NCBI GenBank assembly: GCA_951406725.2
Contig: OX597822.1
Span: forward strand, 23,250,001 to 23,314,000
Direction of reading: 5' to 3'
From: Octopus vulgaris
Taxonomy: Eukaryota
DNA: 64,000 nt
The notes under the pieces: model-generated
The model's input: only the letters and a program-made list of their open reading frames with translations
What the model was told of the DNA's origin: nothing
Database searches by the model: none
Shown: in pieces, positions 24,561 to 38,559 of the stretch
Position numbering within the stretch: position 1 is the stretch's first letter
How the letters are laid out: every line of letters starts with the position of its first letter
Program-made: the position numbers and the translations under genes

Positions 24561-26503
24561 CATCTGTTTTGATTAATTTTGAAAGTAATGAAGAATTTAG
24601 TAAAATTAATTTTTCATTGTTAAGCAGGTGTTTGAAACATAAATTAACATGACATTTTGATTGGCGCTTTCAATTTAGTAATAACCAACAGGCAGCATCA
24701 ACCTAGTAAGAGAAACTTTACTTGTAGAAATCAGGAGGAAAGGACAATAGCCATGGCATTCACACGCTCTCCGAGATTGGTGAGATTGATGCCCTTGAAA
24801 AGAGCAAATCATAGGAGAGACAAGTGCAGGGAAGGAATTTCAGAAGTTTGATGTTCTACGATGGACTAGGTTCAGTGGTTAGTGTGCAGGACCTGAAGAG
24901 AGCAACTTAGTGGTTCAGTAAAAGAGACTGATAGAATAAGTGCCAGGCTTGAAATAAAAAAAAAGGTGCTGGGGTTGATTTGTTCAACTACAATCTTCTA
25001 GGTGTTGCCCCAGCATGGCCTCGGTCTAATGACTGAAAGATAGGAAGGGTATGCGATGGTAACTTCTCTTAACTTACACACAACTACCCTTTTGTGTACA
25101 TATTTCTCTTGAAACACATTGCTTTCGTTTCAATTTATTATAGATATAATTAAGAATTTAATAAAATAATTTAGTCATTATTAAACTAATTTTAGGAACA
25201 TAAATTAACATAAGATATTTTTTAATGAAATTTTCTACAAATGTGTTTCTGATGATGTAAACGGCAAATATATCAGGATTTGCAATGAAAACCGTTTTTC
25301 GGTATGGAGGACAGGAATGTAGGATAATTCAGGGCCTGACTTTGTTTCCTCATAACTTTCGGGAAAACGAGAACTTTTTACGGAAATTTTCAACAAATAC
25401 TTTTCAAATGATGTAGATTACAATCAAATCAGAACTTAGATAATTTTTAAGCATGAATTTTGTATCACAAAACTGAAGAGGTCTTAGGCGAGTTAATATT
25501 TAAAAAGGAGGAAAGGACACATTAGATAATGTAGTCTTAGATACCCAACCCAAATGGTAAACTGCCATACCACTGCTTTTGATCGGGTTTAACCCGAGGC
25601 TAAACAACAATTTAGTGTGACTAGCAAAAGAAAAAAAAAAGGAAAACATGAAGTCCATATTTGAAAATGGCGATTGAGCAGCTTGTATTTATGCTATTAT
25701 AGAAAGATTAGCTACAAATATAAATAAGGTGGGTGGCTTCAAAGGACTTCCGGACAGCGCCTCTGATTTTAGCTATTATTACAATCGATACTATTACCTG
25801 CTTTGTCGGTTAATTAATAATTGGAAGAATAAATAAAGAAAAACTATTCTACTTTGTGCATTGTTTTTTAGTTACTTGCAGTTCAGCCCCAGATCTGATA
25901 GAGCAGACAAGCCTATGACCAAAAAGAGTTCCAGCCGTGACCATCCTATTTTTTCCTATGTCAAACCCTCTGAATTATATTGTCTTCTTTATTCAATGCG
26001 GTTGAATGCTGTTTTAGAGATATCTAACTGCTGTTTCTAGCAGTTCGAGAATCCCTGATGCAGTTTTTATTTTCTGGCGCCCATTTTTAATTACAATGAC
26101 GGTTGTTTTACAGTTAATCCTTTTTTTATCTATCTGCTGCAACTATCTATCTCAGTTTGATTTCTTGAGATTAGAAATACGGTGAACACGTTTTATTTAA
26201 AACGTTCATAGAAAGTACTTTATAAACCAGGAAAAGTAATGAAATCATTTGAATATCATCCCCCCACGCTACAGTGTCGTTACCATATCTATCAATCTAT
26301 GACCACGAATCAATCACGTTTTCTTAAAAGTAGGGTATCACAAACAATTAGTTTGATTAGGTTCGAAATTTCATCCACACATAGATAGATATGCATATAC
26401 ACATGGACAAATATACACACCATATCATTCACATCTCAGTGAAACGAAAATAAGAAAAATAAAGGACAGCTTTCAGCGGCTTTATCAATAATATATAACG
26501 AGT

Positions 26504-26534
<31 letters not shown>

Positions 26535-26877
26535 GAAAAGAGAGAGACAGAAAGAGAGAGATACAGAAAGAGAGAGAGACAGACAGAAAGAGAGTGAGAG
26601 AGAGAAGAATAGAAAGAGAAAAGAATTTATTGCAAGTGAAATGTACCTCAACAGAAACGAGTTTATATATTATATTCCCAGGTACCAATTATAATAAATG
26701 TGACTTAATATCATGTTAAGCAAAACTCGTCACATGCCCCAACAAGACACAGATAATAATGTAGGCTCTCTCTCTCTCTCTCTAATAATATTATCATCTC
26801 TCTCCTTTTCTATTTCATCACACAGCTAAGCAAGTCCAACAGGTATTAATAATAAGTATTATGGAGTCGATAGGTTT

Positions 26878-26939
<62 letters not shown>

Positions 26940-27073
26940 TTCTTTGCTATTCCAGTCTGTTTCATCTCTTTTCCTTATCTTTCCCTGCCTTTAACATTAA
27001 AGGGAGATCGAAAAGAGGAAGAGAGAAAAGTGTTTAAGAAAGAAAAAAGTTCAAAATACGTTTTGGGCAACGG

Positions 27074-27116
<43 letters not shown>

Positions 27117-27337
27117 CAACTACCAGGTGCTTTATGTTATCACATTAATACAATGGGAAAGAAGGAAAGACAAGGTAGAAGGAGGAGTAGGAAGAGTAAA
27201 TTAGCGGATTAGAGGGAAGAGGAGGGGGTATATTAATTTAGTCTAGTTGTTAGCAGCAACCTTCCTTTTTAAGCATATTTCAAACTAGAGAAGTAATTTG
27301 CTATAACAGCTTTTTCACTATCCTCCCTTGCGCATAT

Positions 27338-27339
<2 letters not shown>

Positions 27340-27376
<37 letters not shown>

Positions 27377-27428
27377 TATAATACAATATATATATATATG
27401 CATAATATACATACGATATTACAATATA

Positions 27429-27482
<54 letters not shown>

Positions 27483-27660
27483 CACATACATACATAATAT
27501 ACATACGATATTACAGTATATATATAAGCATAATATACACACGATATTACAATATATATACATATATATGCATACGATATTACAATATATGCATAATATA
27601 CATACAATATTACATTATACATATATATGCATAATATACATACGATATTACAATATATAT
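27340..27660. repeat. AT-rich minisatellite
   Basis: The unit gcataatatacatacgatattacaatatatat repeats with variable TA spacers. Confidence 0.85.
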
Positions 27661-30600
27661 ATAAACACGTGTACTAAACATGGATAGAAAATACCTATAC
27701 AATACAATGTGTAGAAAAATATATACTTAAAATATAAAGCTGTGTTATTTGTAAGAGTGATTTGCAAAGTTGAGCCTCCAAACACGAATTTGAAAAATGC
27801 ATCCAACCTCATTCACACCACACAGAGATACTTGTTCTTAAAACCTAAATTAATTAGCAAGAAAGCTAAGGATTTGATCTAAGATTGAATAGTTAATGAA
27901 TAGGAACGTGTGTGTGTGTGGACTGAGATATGTAAATTCACTTAGGTAGAATTGGATAATTTTATTCGTTCGAACAATTACACCCAGGTGGTTAATTAAT
28001 AATAAAGCAAAGAAACTTTAATATGCAAAAATTAAAAAAAGAAAGAAAGAAAGAAAATCATTAGAGCAGAAATGAATGAATAAGAATATAATTTTAATTT
28101 ATAATGAGTAAAATAATAGCAATAATAATAACAATAATAAAAGTAGATGTGGATATAAGATAGCTGTTTCATTACGATCGTGTTGTATTATTATATATTC
28201 GTGTCTATTTACTAAGTTATATTAAATATACTAAAAGCACTGTGATATAGTAATAATATATGCTTCATATTTTAATGTATTGTAATAATATGATCGACCG
28301 ACTGACTGTCCCTGTGGCAAATATATTATCATCTGTTATCACATGGCGCGCGCGCAAGTGTATACATACGAACGTACATACATAGATACATTGTTACATA
28401 CATAGATGACTTTCTGAGTTCAATACTCGTCAAGGAATCACATTTTATTTTTGCTTCGTATAAAATTCGAAAATTTTGTGTATGTTAGGGTGATTGACTG
28501 GATGGATGGATAGAAGTCGATTTCAATCAGCTACCTAGACCATTCTTCTACTTAAAATTGGCTCAGTGCCAAGTCAACACAAACCATCACCATTATTATT
28601 ATTATTATTATTATAATTACTACTACTACTACTACTACCACGACCATCATAACAACCTAAGTTACATGTGATATGAAGGTCAGCGAATACGCAAACCGAC
28701 TCCCTTTCACCCTTTAAATAAACTACATACAACACGTGTGTATGTGCACATATATATATGTGTGTTTGTATACGCACACACACAATGAGAAAACAAAGAG
28801 ACTGCGAGCATGTAGGCTGGTGGCGGTGGAATCAATTATTAGTCTGAAAGAAATAATAATATAAAAAAAACAAAAGAAACAAAAAAAAAAAGTGTGGCGG
28901 CAAGATTATCTGATCCTGTGGATTTTCTTTTCTGGAACCAACAGCAGAATTAGGAACACAGCAACAAGCAACAACAGCTGTAGCAGCAGCAGTTAAGCGC
29001 AATAACAAGCCAGCCAAGCAAGCAGAAGAGAAAGAGGAATTTGGGGACGATGATGATGAGGGTGATGCTGGTTGGTGGCGGTATGTAAAGGAGAGTGATT
29101 TTGGACAAGAAGACACTTGTAGAGGTGAAGTAGCAGGACACACGATGGTAAAATGGGACTAAAAAAAAAGGTGACATTGTCTTGTGAATTTTGCAGGAGT
29201 ATTGAAAAACAGGAAGGATAGAAGAAAAAGCTTTGGTGAAGGATTGCAACCTTGAACATGAATAAGCATCTTTATAAATAAAATTAAATGACAAATTGAA
29301 ACTGGAAGTAACAATAAAAAAAGTCGAGCTGCTAAACAAGGAAATCTTGTAGACTATAGGGCTTGATTAAAGCTAACGCTTTCACTTCAACAGATAAATC
29401 TGGGATAGTAGACACACACAAAACATTATTATTAATAGCTTATTCCCATGAAATGTAAATTTGCAAGATTGAATGAACCGATGCTCCACGTTACTTGTAC
29501 TTTGTATGGAGACTTAGAAACCGACGCCGTGTAAAATCTGCTATATCTGTTTTAATAAGAATTTTAATTATTTATTGTTATATTTCGGAATGGTCATATT
29601 GCCAGTTTAGCCAATAAATTATTTACTTTTTTTTTTTGAGGGCCAATTTCGAGCTACACTCACAGTAATATATACGGGATTAAAATTCTCTTTTTTCTTG
29701 CTGCTGAAGGCCTGTGGTATAGTTTTTATTTTGCTTTGTGTGCCAAAATCCGCATTTGGGTCCGAACGTATGCATCGTTTCTCAGGCATAGGTATTGATA
29801 TAATTCTTTCATGTATATATCTTAAGCATGTTTATAGAACATCATACATCTGTAACAGAAGATATGTTTTGATTTATGCTTTGTATGTATATGTGTATAT
29901 GTAAAATATAGTTAATTTTCTAAGATGGTCTACAAAATATACTTTTGTTCCACAACCCAGACATTTAATTTCATTGCACATGACTGTCCTTCAGAAATGT
30001 ATGCACGTCACACAATCTCATTTTCTTTTCCATTATAAAACTGAGCTACACTGTGCTTATAAGACAAATCTTTGACCCAGTACCATAGTTAAGGTAACAA
30101 TCGACCGCCGTAATGTTTGGGTTTCGATTCTCAGAACAAAGTATATCATTCTTTACTGACATCCTCGAGAAAAATTATATCACCACGCCACATCACATCC
30201 CATTTTCTGTAGATCAAAAACTTGGGGTTTTATTTATGTATTCAATTTTTTGTGGGGGGAGGGAGTTTGTCTAGCCAAAAGACATGCTATGAATAGTTGA
30301 TGGTGAGAAGTTAAACCTAGCAGTGAAGATATACCTATATCAGTAGATGTACACATGTGCACGAAAACGAAAGTGTATTTATGTATATGAGCGTTTATAA
30401 TGTGTGTATGTGTGCGTTTGCAGCTAACAAAATTGTGTAGAATTGATGCGATAACGTTATCATACGACCCCTCAAAGGTTTCAAATATCAAAAAAGGGAG
30501 AACAGTGCATCATGCTTATTTCTTCACAAAATGGTAGCAGCCAGAGAAATACCGGTTGAAATTAAACCAGTTAAAATCTCTACAAGAACAGCAGCTTGTG

Positions 30601-30874
30601 TGTGTGCGTGTATATATATACACATACGCATACATGCTATGTATTCGCGCGCACACATGTATATCGGAAAATATAACAAGCATATGACAAGAAAGTGGAT
30701 TGATTGTTTCTGTTTCTCAGAAAAAGAAAAACCGATAATTGCCGTGAATGATAAATGTAGAAAGTTGCAGTTGCAACATTACAAGAAGCATTATCGGTGT
30801 TCAGATGTGTGTTAATGAGCCGGGAACTGTTTAAGCTCCATGTGTATGTGTGCGCTTGTGTATAGAGATCTTTT

Positions 30875-31245
30875 ATTTTCTTTTACTTGTTTCATCAGTC
30901 ATTGGACTGCGGCCGTGCTGGGGCACTGCCTTCAACGGTTTTAATCGGATAAATCGACCCTAGTAATAATTTTTTTTTTAATGGCATTTATTCTGTAGGT
31001 TTCATTTACGGAATCGCTACGTTACAGGGACATTGTCAACTTTGGTCGTGAAACTGTGGAAGACACACACATTCGCACACAGAGATGATGACTTTCCATC
31101 ATCTTTCTGTTTACCAAATTCACTCTCACAGCATTGGTAGATTCGAGGTTCTTGTAGAAGACACTTGCCGAAAGTGCTACGTAGTGGGACTGAACCCCAA
31201 ACTGTGTGGTTGCAAAGCGAGGTTCTCAACCACATAACTATGCCT
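30875..31245 (-). mobile_element. SINE-A copy
   Basis: Diverged full-length match that retains CpGs. Confidence 0.8.
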
Positions 31246-31479
31246 TCGCGTTTATATCTGTGTATGTGTGTGTTGGGGCAGAGAAGAGAAATATAACTCT
31301 GCATTAGTAAATATATAACTTATTTTTAACTGGTAGAAATTTGCAAAAATGATTCAAGGGCCAAGACTTACACACACACACACACATCACCGTTTCCTCC
31401 ACCCCCTACGCCAAAGTGATAATCAAGTTAGTTCTAATCTATGTGAAACCACACGTAACCAAGCAGGCAGAACTGCAGG

Positions 31480-32180
31480 ATCCAGTTAACCGTTGCCTTC
31501 TACGTCAACGTTTATCATCGAAATGTTCGGCTCATGTTGTGCAGGGCGCTATCATAAATTTATCCATCACCTCTCGTTATTCACTAACAATACCATTCGT
31601 ATATATCGATGTCAGCCTTTTTCAAATTTCCCTCAACTACGTCTTTGAACTACTTCCTTTATCTTATGCATCCTGTGTGCTGTCCTTCAGTGAGCTGTGA
31701 GTAAAACAGTTGTTTGGACAACAGTTGGTCATATTTTTCACGCAACATGGCCAACTACGTAGTTTCAAGGCAGACTCAAGCAGTACGCTTGACAGTCCTA
31801 CGTCTATTGTCACTGAATGTAGCATAATTTTCCTTATACGTCTCTGGTAGAACATTTCATGCCACTGGAGATGTGACCTATAATATGTCCAGGTTTCAGG
31901 ATTTATACCACAGTAAAATGGGTGCAGCAACGATAAGATTGTGATTTTCATAGTTATCTTGCAAAGCGACCAAAAGTTGCATGCAAAGCAGTACACAAGT
32001 TGGATCTTCCATCAATATCAGAGATATTTATGTTGAGAATTAGACTCTTATTGTCGTGTATATCAGAGAAAATGTTGTCTGCAAGTTATTCTGCTGGAAT
32101 CACACAAACTGCAGTCTCTACTGATACCGTCGAAGTCTTTGTTTTGCCAGGGTTGAATAACTTGTCACATATATGAGATT
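31480..32180 (-). mobile_element. Degenerate RTE-clade LINE fragment
   Basis: ETWTYYRSHLQWHEMFYQRRIRKI and LKLRSW resemble RTE C-terminal ETWTxYxxHxxxLExFHQRCLRxI and LRWxGH motifs. Confidence 0.65.
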
Positions 32181-32185
32181 TGGTA

Positions 32186-32388
32186 TAGGGCTGCGAGCTG
32201 GCAAGACACGCCAGCGCGCCGGGCGAAATGCCTAGCGGTATTTCGTCTGTCGTTACGTTCTGAGTTCAAATTCCGCCGAGGTTGACTTTGCCGTTCATCC
32301 TTTCGGGGTCGATAAATGAAGTACCAGTTTCACACTGGGTACGATGTAATCGACTTAATCTCTGTCCTTGTTTAGCCCCTTGTGGTAG
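32186..32388 (+). mobile_element. SINE-B with 13-bp TSD
   Basis: TATGAGATTTGGT on both flanks. Confidence 0.85.
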
Positions 32389-33077
32389 TATGAGATTTGG
32401 TCACCCAAAGGAATATGTGTATACCGATCATGAGCAACAGTTGAGAGAAAGGAAAAGAGAACGGGGACTATTACTCATCCCTGCCTTACTCCAGTTCTGC
32501 CTTCAAACTGATCTGTTGTGGAAGACTGGCATCGCATTTAAGATTTTATGATGTGCAAAAGCCACGTGATCGTATACACACACGCATAGACAGATACACA
32601 GAGAGACACACATTACTGAATCGCGTGAACGAAGACAGGATCCAATTGTATATTATTCAATTATATTGTTGAATAGAATATACCGAAGGCTTCCAATGGC
32701 AATTGAAGGTCGTATGGGTTTTTCATCTATTAGAAATATGACGATATTGTGAAAGAGAAATACTACACACACACACACACGAACACTGCCAGGATTTCAA
32801 ACGAAGCGATCCTCAATTATTAAAATGGATCCACCATTAATAATTAAATTAGCTAAAAACACACGTTAGATAATATTTGCATGGAGATTACGAGAAGAGT
32901 CGTCTCTGAATCTGTCCACACCTTGTATGTATGTGATTGAGTGTATGTATGTTAAAGAGCCAGATGAGTCAAGAATAAAGAAAATGAGCTATATGTATGT
33001 GGGGATATACATACGTAGGTGTATACGTACAAACAGGTGAGTGCATAAGATTGGAAGCCCAGGTTGCGTGTGCGTGT

Positions 33078-33111
<34 letters not shown>

Positions 33112-34583
33112 GCGTGGGAGTCAGGTGAACAAAACACCATAGAACAGAATACGGTCGCAAGTGACCGATTTTACCTCAATATATAACTGGAATACAATTT
33201 TACTAGCACTGGTGATTAAATCGTGTGTGATTTAATAGCAATTTGACTCGTAGGCTTGTAGGACGAACCTATCTTGTCACATGTCAAAGATACCTGACAA
33301 GGTAAGTTCGAAGTCGTATGGAGCTGGATCATACTATTATTAATCAAATAATATATGTAGCTCCCACCAAATGCGTTGAGCGTTACTTTCTTTCGTTTGT
33401 ACACTCACACTGTCTCCTAGCAAATTTCAAATTTGGAAAGGTGTATGTAGGTCGGTTATAACGAAAGATTTAACTTCAAGCTTACTTAGTCACGTGCATG
33501 CGTACCCCCTACACCACCACCACATACGCACACATACATAGTAAGAAATGAGATCCGCTTTTAAAAGAGGTTGCGGGTGGGGTCCAAGAAGCAAATTTGG
33601 AGGTGATTGTCTATTCAAAACGACGAGTGTATACTTGAGAGCTGTTAGCTGATGTGTGTCAGTGCAGACAAAGAAGTCATGTTTATTTTATGTATGAAAT
33701 AGTACATGCTCTTTAGTTTTTGTATATGAGAACCTGTCTGTGTAAGGGAAGAGAAAGAGTGAGTGTGTGTGTGGAGGTGTAGGCGTATTTGCATGTCTTG
33801 GGTAGGCGGGAGAAAATATAAACATGCGCGTCTGCTTGCTTGATTAGGAAGTTATCCCTCTTGATATACATTAACTGGATATATATATACACATATGTGT
33901 ATATGTGTGTGTGTGTATACATATAGAACATGTCCATGCAGAGAAAGATTGAATTTTAAAACAATCTACCAACAACACGATTAGTATTAATCGATGCATT
34001 GATAAGAAAACAAACGTGACACACACACACACATACATGCACACACACACTTGTTGACGTCATAAAAATTTATAAACTTCGAGGAGAAATAATTCTCTTT
34101 TGGAACGGTACATTCCAAAAGGAGATATAGCTCCAAATAATACCGTGTAAATATTTGGTTACAAAGCCCTTCAGACAGAATATTAACTCGCAGTTATTTC
34201 ATAGCTTCCTCTACTTCAAGATTCACCGTTCCAAAAGAAAAAAAATGTGTGTGTACATGCGCATTGGTGTACATTCACTGAATGATCGAAAGTGTTCCAG
34301 CTACGACCATCACGTCTCGATCTGTTTTCCAGACAACTGAGATTGCATTATTTGTCTTTCCTTTGTTTTTGAAATAGAAAAGAGGGTGGTCAAGGTGCTA
34401 TCTGAGGGAGATTTGGCTGCTATTTTTAGCAGGTTGAGCGACCGCAGTGACCCTTGGTTATGTTTGGTTCAAATCACGTGAACTGGATAAAACGCCACCT
34501 CTGCCATTCCATACGAAACACCTCAACAAACTTTACAAATTGACAGTATCATCTCTCTCTCTCTGTGTATGTATGGAGACACG

Positions 34584-34614
<31 letters not shown>

Positions 34615-34751
34615 GGTATAGGTTAGGTGTTTAAAAGCTATAAGGGATGGCAAATGTACTATTACAACCACTGTTGATTAATTAAATTAATGGGTTACTA
34701 GTGCAAACGACTTCTTCCTGTTATTTTTCCTCCATTTACTTCTTGCGTGTT

Positions 34752-34835
<84 letters not shown>

Positions 34836-35415
34836 GAATGCACTCATATATATATACATATGTGTATATATATACACACACGTCATTATCATTTAACATC
34901 CATCTTTCATGCTGGCATGGGTTGGACACACGTCAAGCTAAGAAGTTTCGTATATATACATTACAACAGGACATAGTGCAGTCTGGCTCAATGGTTAAGA
35001 AGTTCACTTCACAACCAAGAAGTTCTGGGATCGATCCCATTGCAAGGCATCTCGGGCAAATATCCATTTCTAAAGCCACAAGTCGACATACACACTCCTC
35101 CCCGCTTGAAAGAGAAATTGGGTCGGCAGAAGCTGTGTAGAAACCGGTCGATGGGATAATTACCCATGACTGATAACACACATAATGTGACACTGATGCT
35201 TGTTACTTATTTGAGGCCCCTATAAATATATCATCATTTGACATCTGCTTTCATTATATGCTGTCATGGGTTAGACGATATGACTGAAGCTGGTAAGCCG
35301 GAGGGCTGCACCAGGCTTCAGTCTGTTTCGGCATGGTTTCTACAGCTGGATGTTCTTCCTAACGCCAACCACTCCACAGAATGTACTAAGTGCCTTTCGT
35401 GTGTCACCAGCAAGG

Positions 35416-35419
<4 letters not shown>

Positions 35420-35477
<58 letters not shown>

Positions 35478-35682
35478 CGTATACATACATACATACATAC
35501 ATATACATATATACGTATACATACATACATATACATATATATATGTATGTATGTATACGTATATATATATATATATATACACATATGTATATATGTATAC
35601 GTATATATATATATATATGTATGTATGTATACGTATATATATATATATATGTATATGTATGTATGTATGTATGTATGTATAC

Positions 35683-35726
<44 letters not shown>

Positions 35727-35775
35727 ATGTATGTATGTATACGTATATATATATATATATGTATGTATGTATACG

Positions 35776-35806
<31 letters not shown>

Positions 35807-35877
35807 ACGTATATATATATATATATATATGTATGTATACGTATATATATATATATATGTATGTATGTATGTATGCG

Positions 35878-35908
<31 letters not shown>

Positions 35909-35911
35909 GCG

Positions 35912-35942
<31 letters not shown>

Positions 35943-35945
35943 ACG

Positions 35946-35984
<39 letters not shown>

Positions 35985-35987
35985 ACG

Positions 35988-36018
<31 letters not shown>

Positions 36019-36039
36019 GTATACGTATGTATGTATACG

Positions 36040-36119
<80 letters not shown>

Positions 36120-36134
36120 CGTATGTATGTATAC

Positions 36135-36176
<42 letters not shown>

Positions 36177-36183
36177 ACGTATG

Positions 36184-36234
<51 letters not shown>

Positions 36235-36250
36235 ACGTATATATATATAT
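35420..36250. repeat. About 830-bp compound (TA)n/(TATG)n/TACG microsatellite array
   Basis: Seen directly. It produces the long YI/YM/YV ORFs in all frames. Confidence 0.97.
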
Positions 36251-36300
36251 TGCTCAATCTAAACTGTCTGATGAATGGGAACGTGAAACTCTGAGCAGTA
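36251..36300 (+). ncRNA. Degenerate hammerhead-like motif
   Basis: actgt-CTGATGA-ATG-ggaa-CGT-GAAAC-tctgag-cagt. Stem I is actg/cagt, the cleavage triplet appears deleted, and AATAAA lies downstream. Confidence 0.45.
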
Positions 36301-36364
36301 GACTTTTGTGATATTTTTATGTTTTTGCAGCTTTAATAAAAATAATGTATGTGTGTGTGTGTGT

Positions 36365-36410
<46 letters not shown>

Positions 36411-36494
36411 CAGTCTTGATACACCTGCACACACATGTATTGGGTTGGCAGGATGTTTGTCATTAAGTGCTGACTACCAGGTCTGCATGTGTGT

Positions 36495-36525
<31 letters not shown>

Positions 36526-36883
36526 ATGCTATATTTAGTTTCTCTGGATGAGGATATGCAAGCAACCAACACTGCAGCTTAATTTAGTGAAACTTCCTTC
36601 GACACACATGTACACATACGTTCACATATATATACATATATTTATATATTCAGGGATATACGTATATATTCTACATACATAATTCGTAAATATGTAGGTA
36701 CAATCATCATCATCATCATTTAACGTCTACTTTCCATGCCGGCATGGGTCCGACAGTTTTGACAGGAGCTGGCTAGGCATAAGACTGCATCATGCTTTGC
36801 TAAAAGTAGGTGGGCAGTAGGTTAAATAGGGTTTGTGGTAGGGATATATTATAACTATGCAGTTTGTGTTATATGAAATTTTA

Positions 36884-37285
36884 TACTCTTTACTCTTTTA
36901 CTTGTTTCAGTCATTTGACTGCAGCCATGCTGGAGCACCGGCTTTAGTCGAGCAAATCGACCCCAGGACTTATTCTTTGTAAGCCTAGTACTTATTCTAT
37001 CGGTCTCTTTTGCGGAACCGCTAAGTTACAGGGGACGTAAACACACCAGCATCGATTGTCAAGCAATGTTGGGGGGTGGGACAAACACAGACACACACAC
37101 ACATATATATATATACATATATGACGGGCTTCTTTCAGTTTCTGTCTGCCAAATCCACTCACAAGGCTTTGGTCGGCCCGAGGCTATAGTAGAAGACACT
37201 TGCCCAAGGTGACACGCAGTGGGACTGAACCCGGAACAATGTGGTTGGTGAGCAAGCTACTTACCACACAGCCACTCCTGCGCCT
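36884..37285 (-). mobile_element. tRNA-derived SINE family A, full-length representative
   Basis: Head GGCGCAGGAGTGGCTGTGTGGTAAG..GGTTCAGTCCC, internal TA/TG tract and (AGTAAAAG)n tail. More than 20 full or partial copies occur in the window. Confidence 0.92.
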
Positions 37286-37920
37286 GTTGTCGAATTATTC
37301 AACTAAAACCCTTTAAATTTTCAGTGCTTTTGTATTGTATTATTGAATGCAATAAAATTTAATAACAAATGTAATAATTGTCTATCAAAATTTAATTATA
37401 TTATTTTTGTAATCTCAAAATAAATGTTATTTACTGCCCACCTACATTTGATTTACTCTGTATGTGTATGTATGTATATATATATATATATATACACACA
37501 CATGCTATAGCTATATATTTATATACATTATATAGGCATGTAGAGACTACATATATATTATTTATGTACTATATAATTATATATACACTATATTATATAC
37601 AAGGTTGAGTTACTGAAAAGCTTGCTTTGTAACCAGGCAGTTTCAAATTTAGTTCTACTGCATAACACCTTAAGTTCTTTTTATAGGCCTGGAGTGAACA
37701 ATGCTTTGTGAGTGTATTTAGCAAGCAGTAACTATGCGGAAGCCTACATGTGTATACACACACACACACACACGTGTCTGTCTGTCTGTCTCACTGCACC
37801 ACTTGACAACAGGTGTTATCTTGCTTACGTCCCTATAACTAAATGGTTTGGCAAAAAAACTGATAGATCAAACTTTAAAAATATGTACTGTTGTCATAAC
37901 AAAACACATTGATTAAAAAA

Positions 37921-37979
<59 letters not shown>

Positions 37980-38267
37980 GGAGTAGTCGAAACAGGGGCA
38001 ACTGAAGAAGGGGAATATTCCTTGTGTTGTATGTCTTGCACTCTGTTTCTTTGTTGCTTGAAAAAAGTCCGTTTCCATGTTTTTGTTTTTATGTTTTCGT
38101 TTCTCATTGTGTTCTACGTTTTTTTTTTGTGTCCTGTATCCATATATGCATGTATATATACATATATATGTAGGTATGTACATATTTGTATGTATATATG
38201 CATATATTTTATTTATTATTTTGTTGTTATGTGATCGAGCGTCACACATCCGCTTCCAGGTGGGTTT

Positions 38268-38312
<45 letters not shown>

Positions 38313-38391
38313 ATTTCAAATAAATGAATAATAAAATTAAAGGACAAGAGGATGTGCACAAGAAATGTATTAACTTGACATTCAGTGAAAA

Positions 38392-38425
38392 GATGTTTCG
38401 AGCATAGCTATTTGTCAGAAAGGAG
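38392..38425 (-). ncRNA. Hammerhead-core remnant
   Basis: Minus strand CTGACAA-A-TAGC-tat-GCTC-GAAAC, two changes away from CTGACGA-A-GAGC-tat-GCTC-GAAAC. The stem I partner is absent. Confidence 0.35.
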
Positions 38426-38559
38426 AAAGGGAAAAGTCCAAGGAAGGAAAAGAAACCATCAAGAGCAGATGTGTGGTTGCATTGTTAATGTATATAAACG
38501 TATATATTATGCTTATTATATACATTATAAATTTAGTTACCATGTCCAATGGAAGAGAC

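Noticed and set aside
25249-25300. CTGATGA..GAAA with a possible stem
   Set aside because: There are extra bases before GAAA and no stem I. It is more likely a DNA-transposon remnant.
27340-27660. CRISPR-like repeat-spacer pattern
   Set aside because: The spacers are only TA runs and the context is eukaryotic. It is a minisatellite.
27785-27810. Minus-strand LDAFF resembling MTSS FLDAFQKVAD
   Set aside because: Flanking residues do not match and there are no exon boundaries.
29570-29620. Stem/GAAA skeleton on the minus strand (tttattg..CCGAAATATAA..caataaa)
   Set aside because: The core reads CTAAACT, which is not a valid hammerhead core.
35340-36311. ORFs of 250-314 aa in several frames
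   Set aside because: They are translations of a TA/TATG microsatellite.
36895-36925. SINE-A tail hairpin AGTC-aaat-GACT-GAAAC-AA-GTA resembling a hammerhead half
   Set aside because: No CUGANGA-type core lies upstream. It is better explained as a LINE-recognition 3' stem-loop.
37985-38025. GAAAC followed by CTGAAGA and a hairpin
   Set aside because: Order and spacing leave no room for stems I and III of any hammerhead topology.
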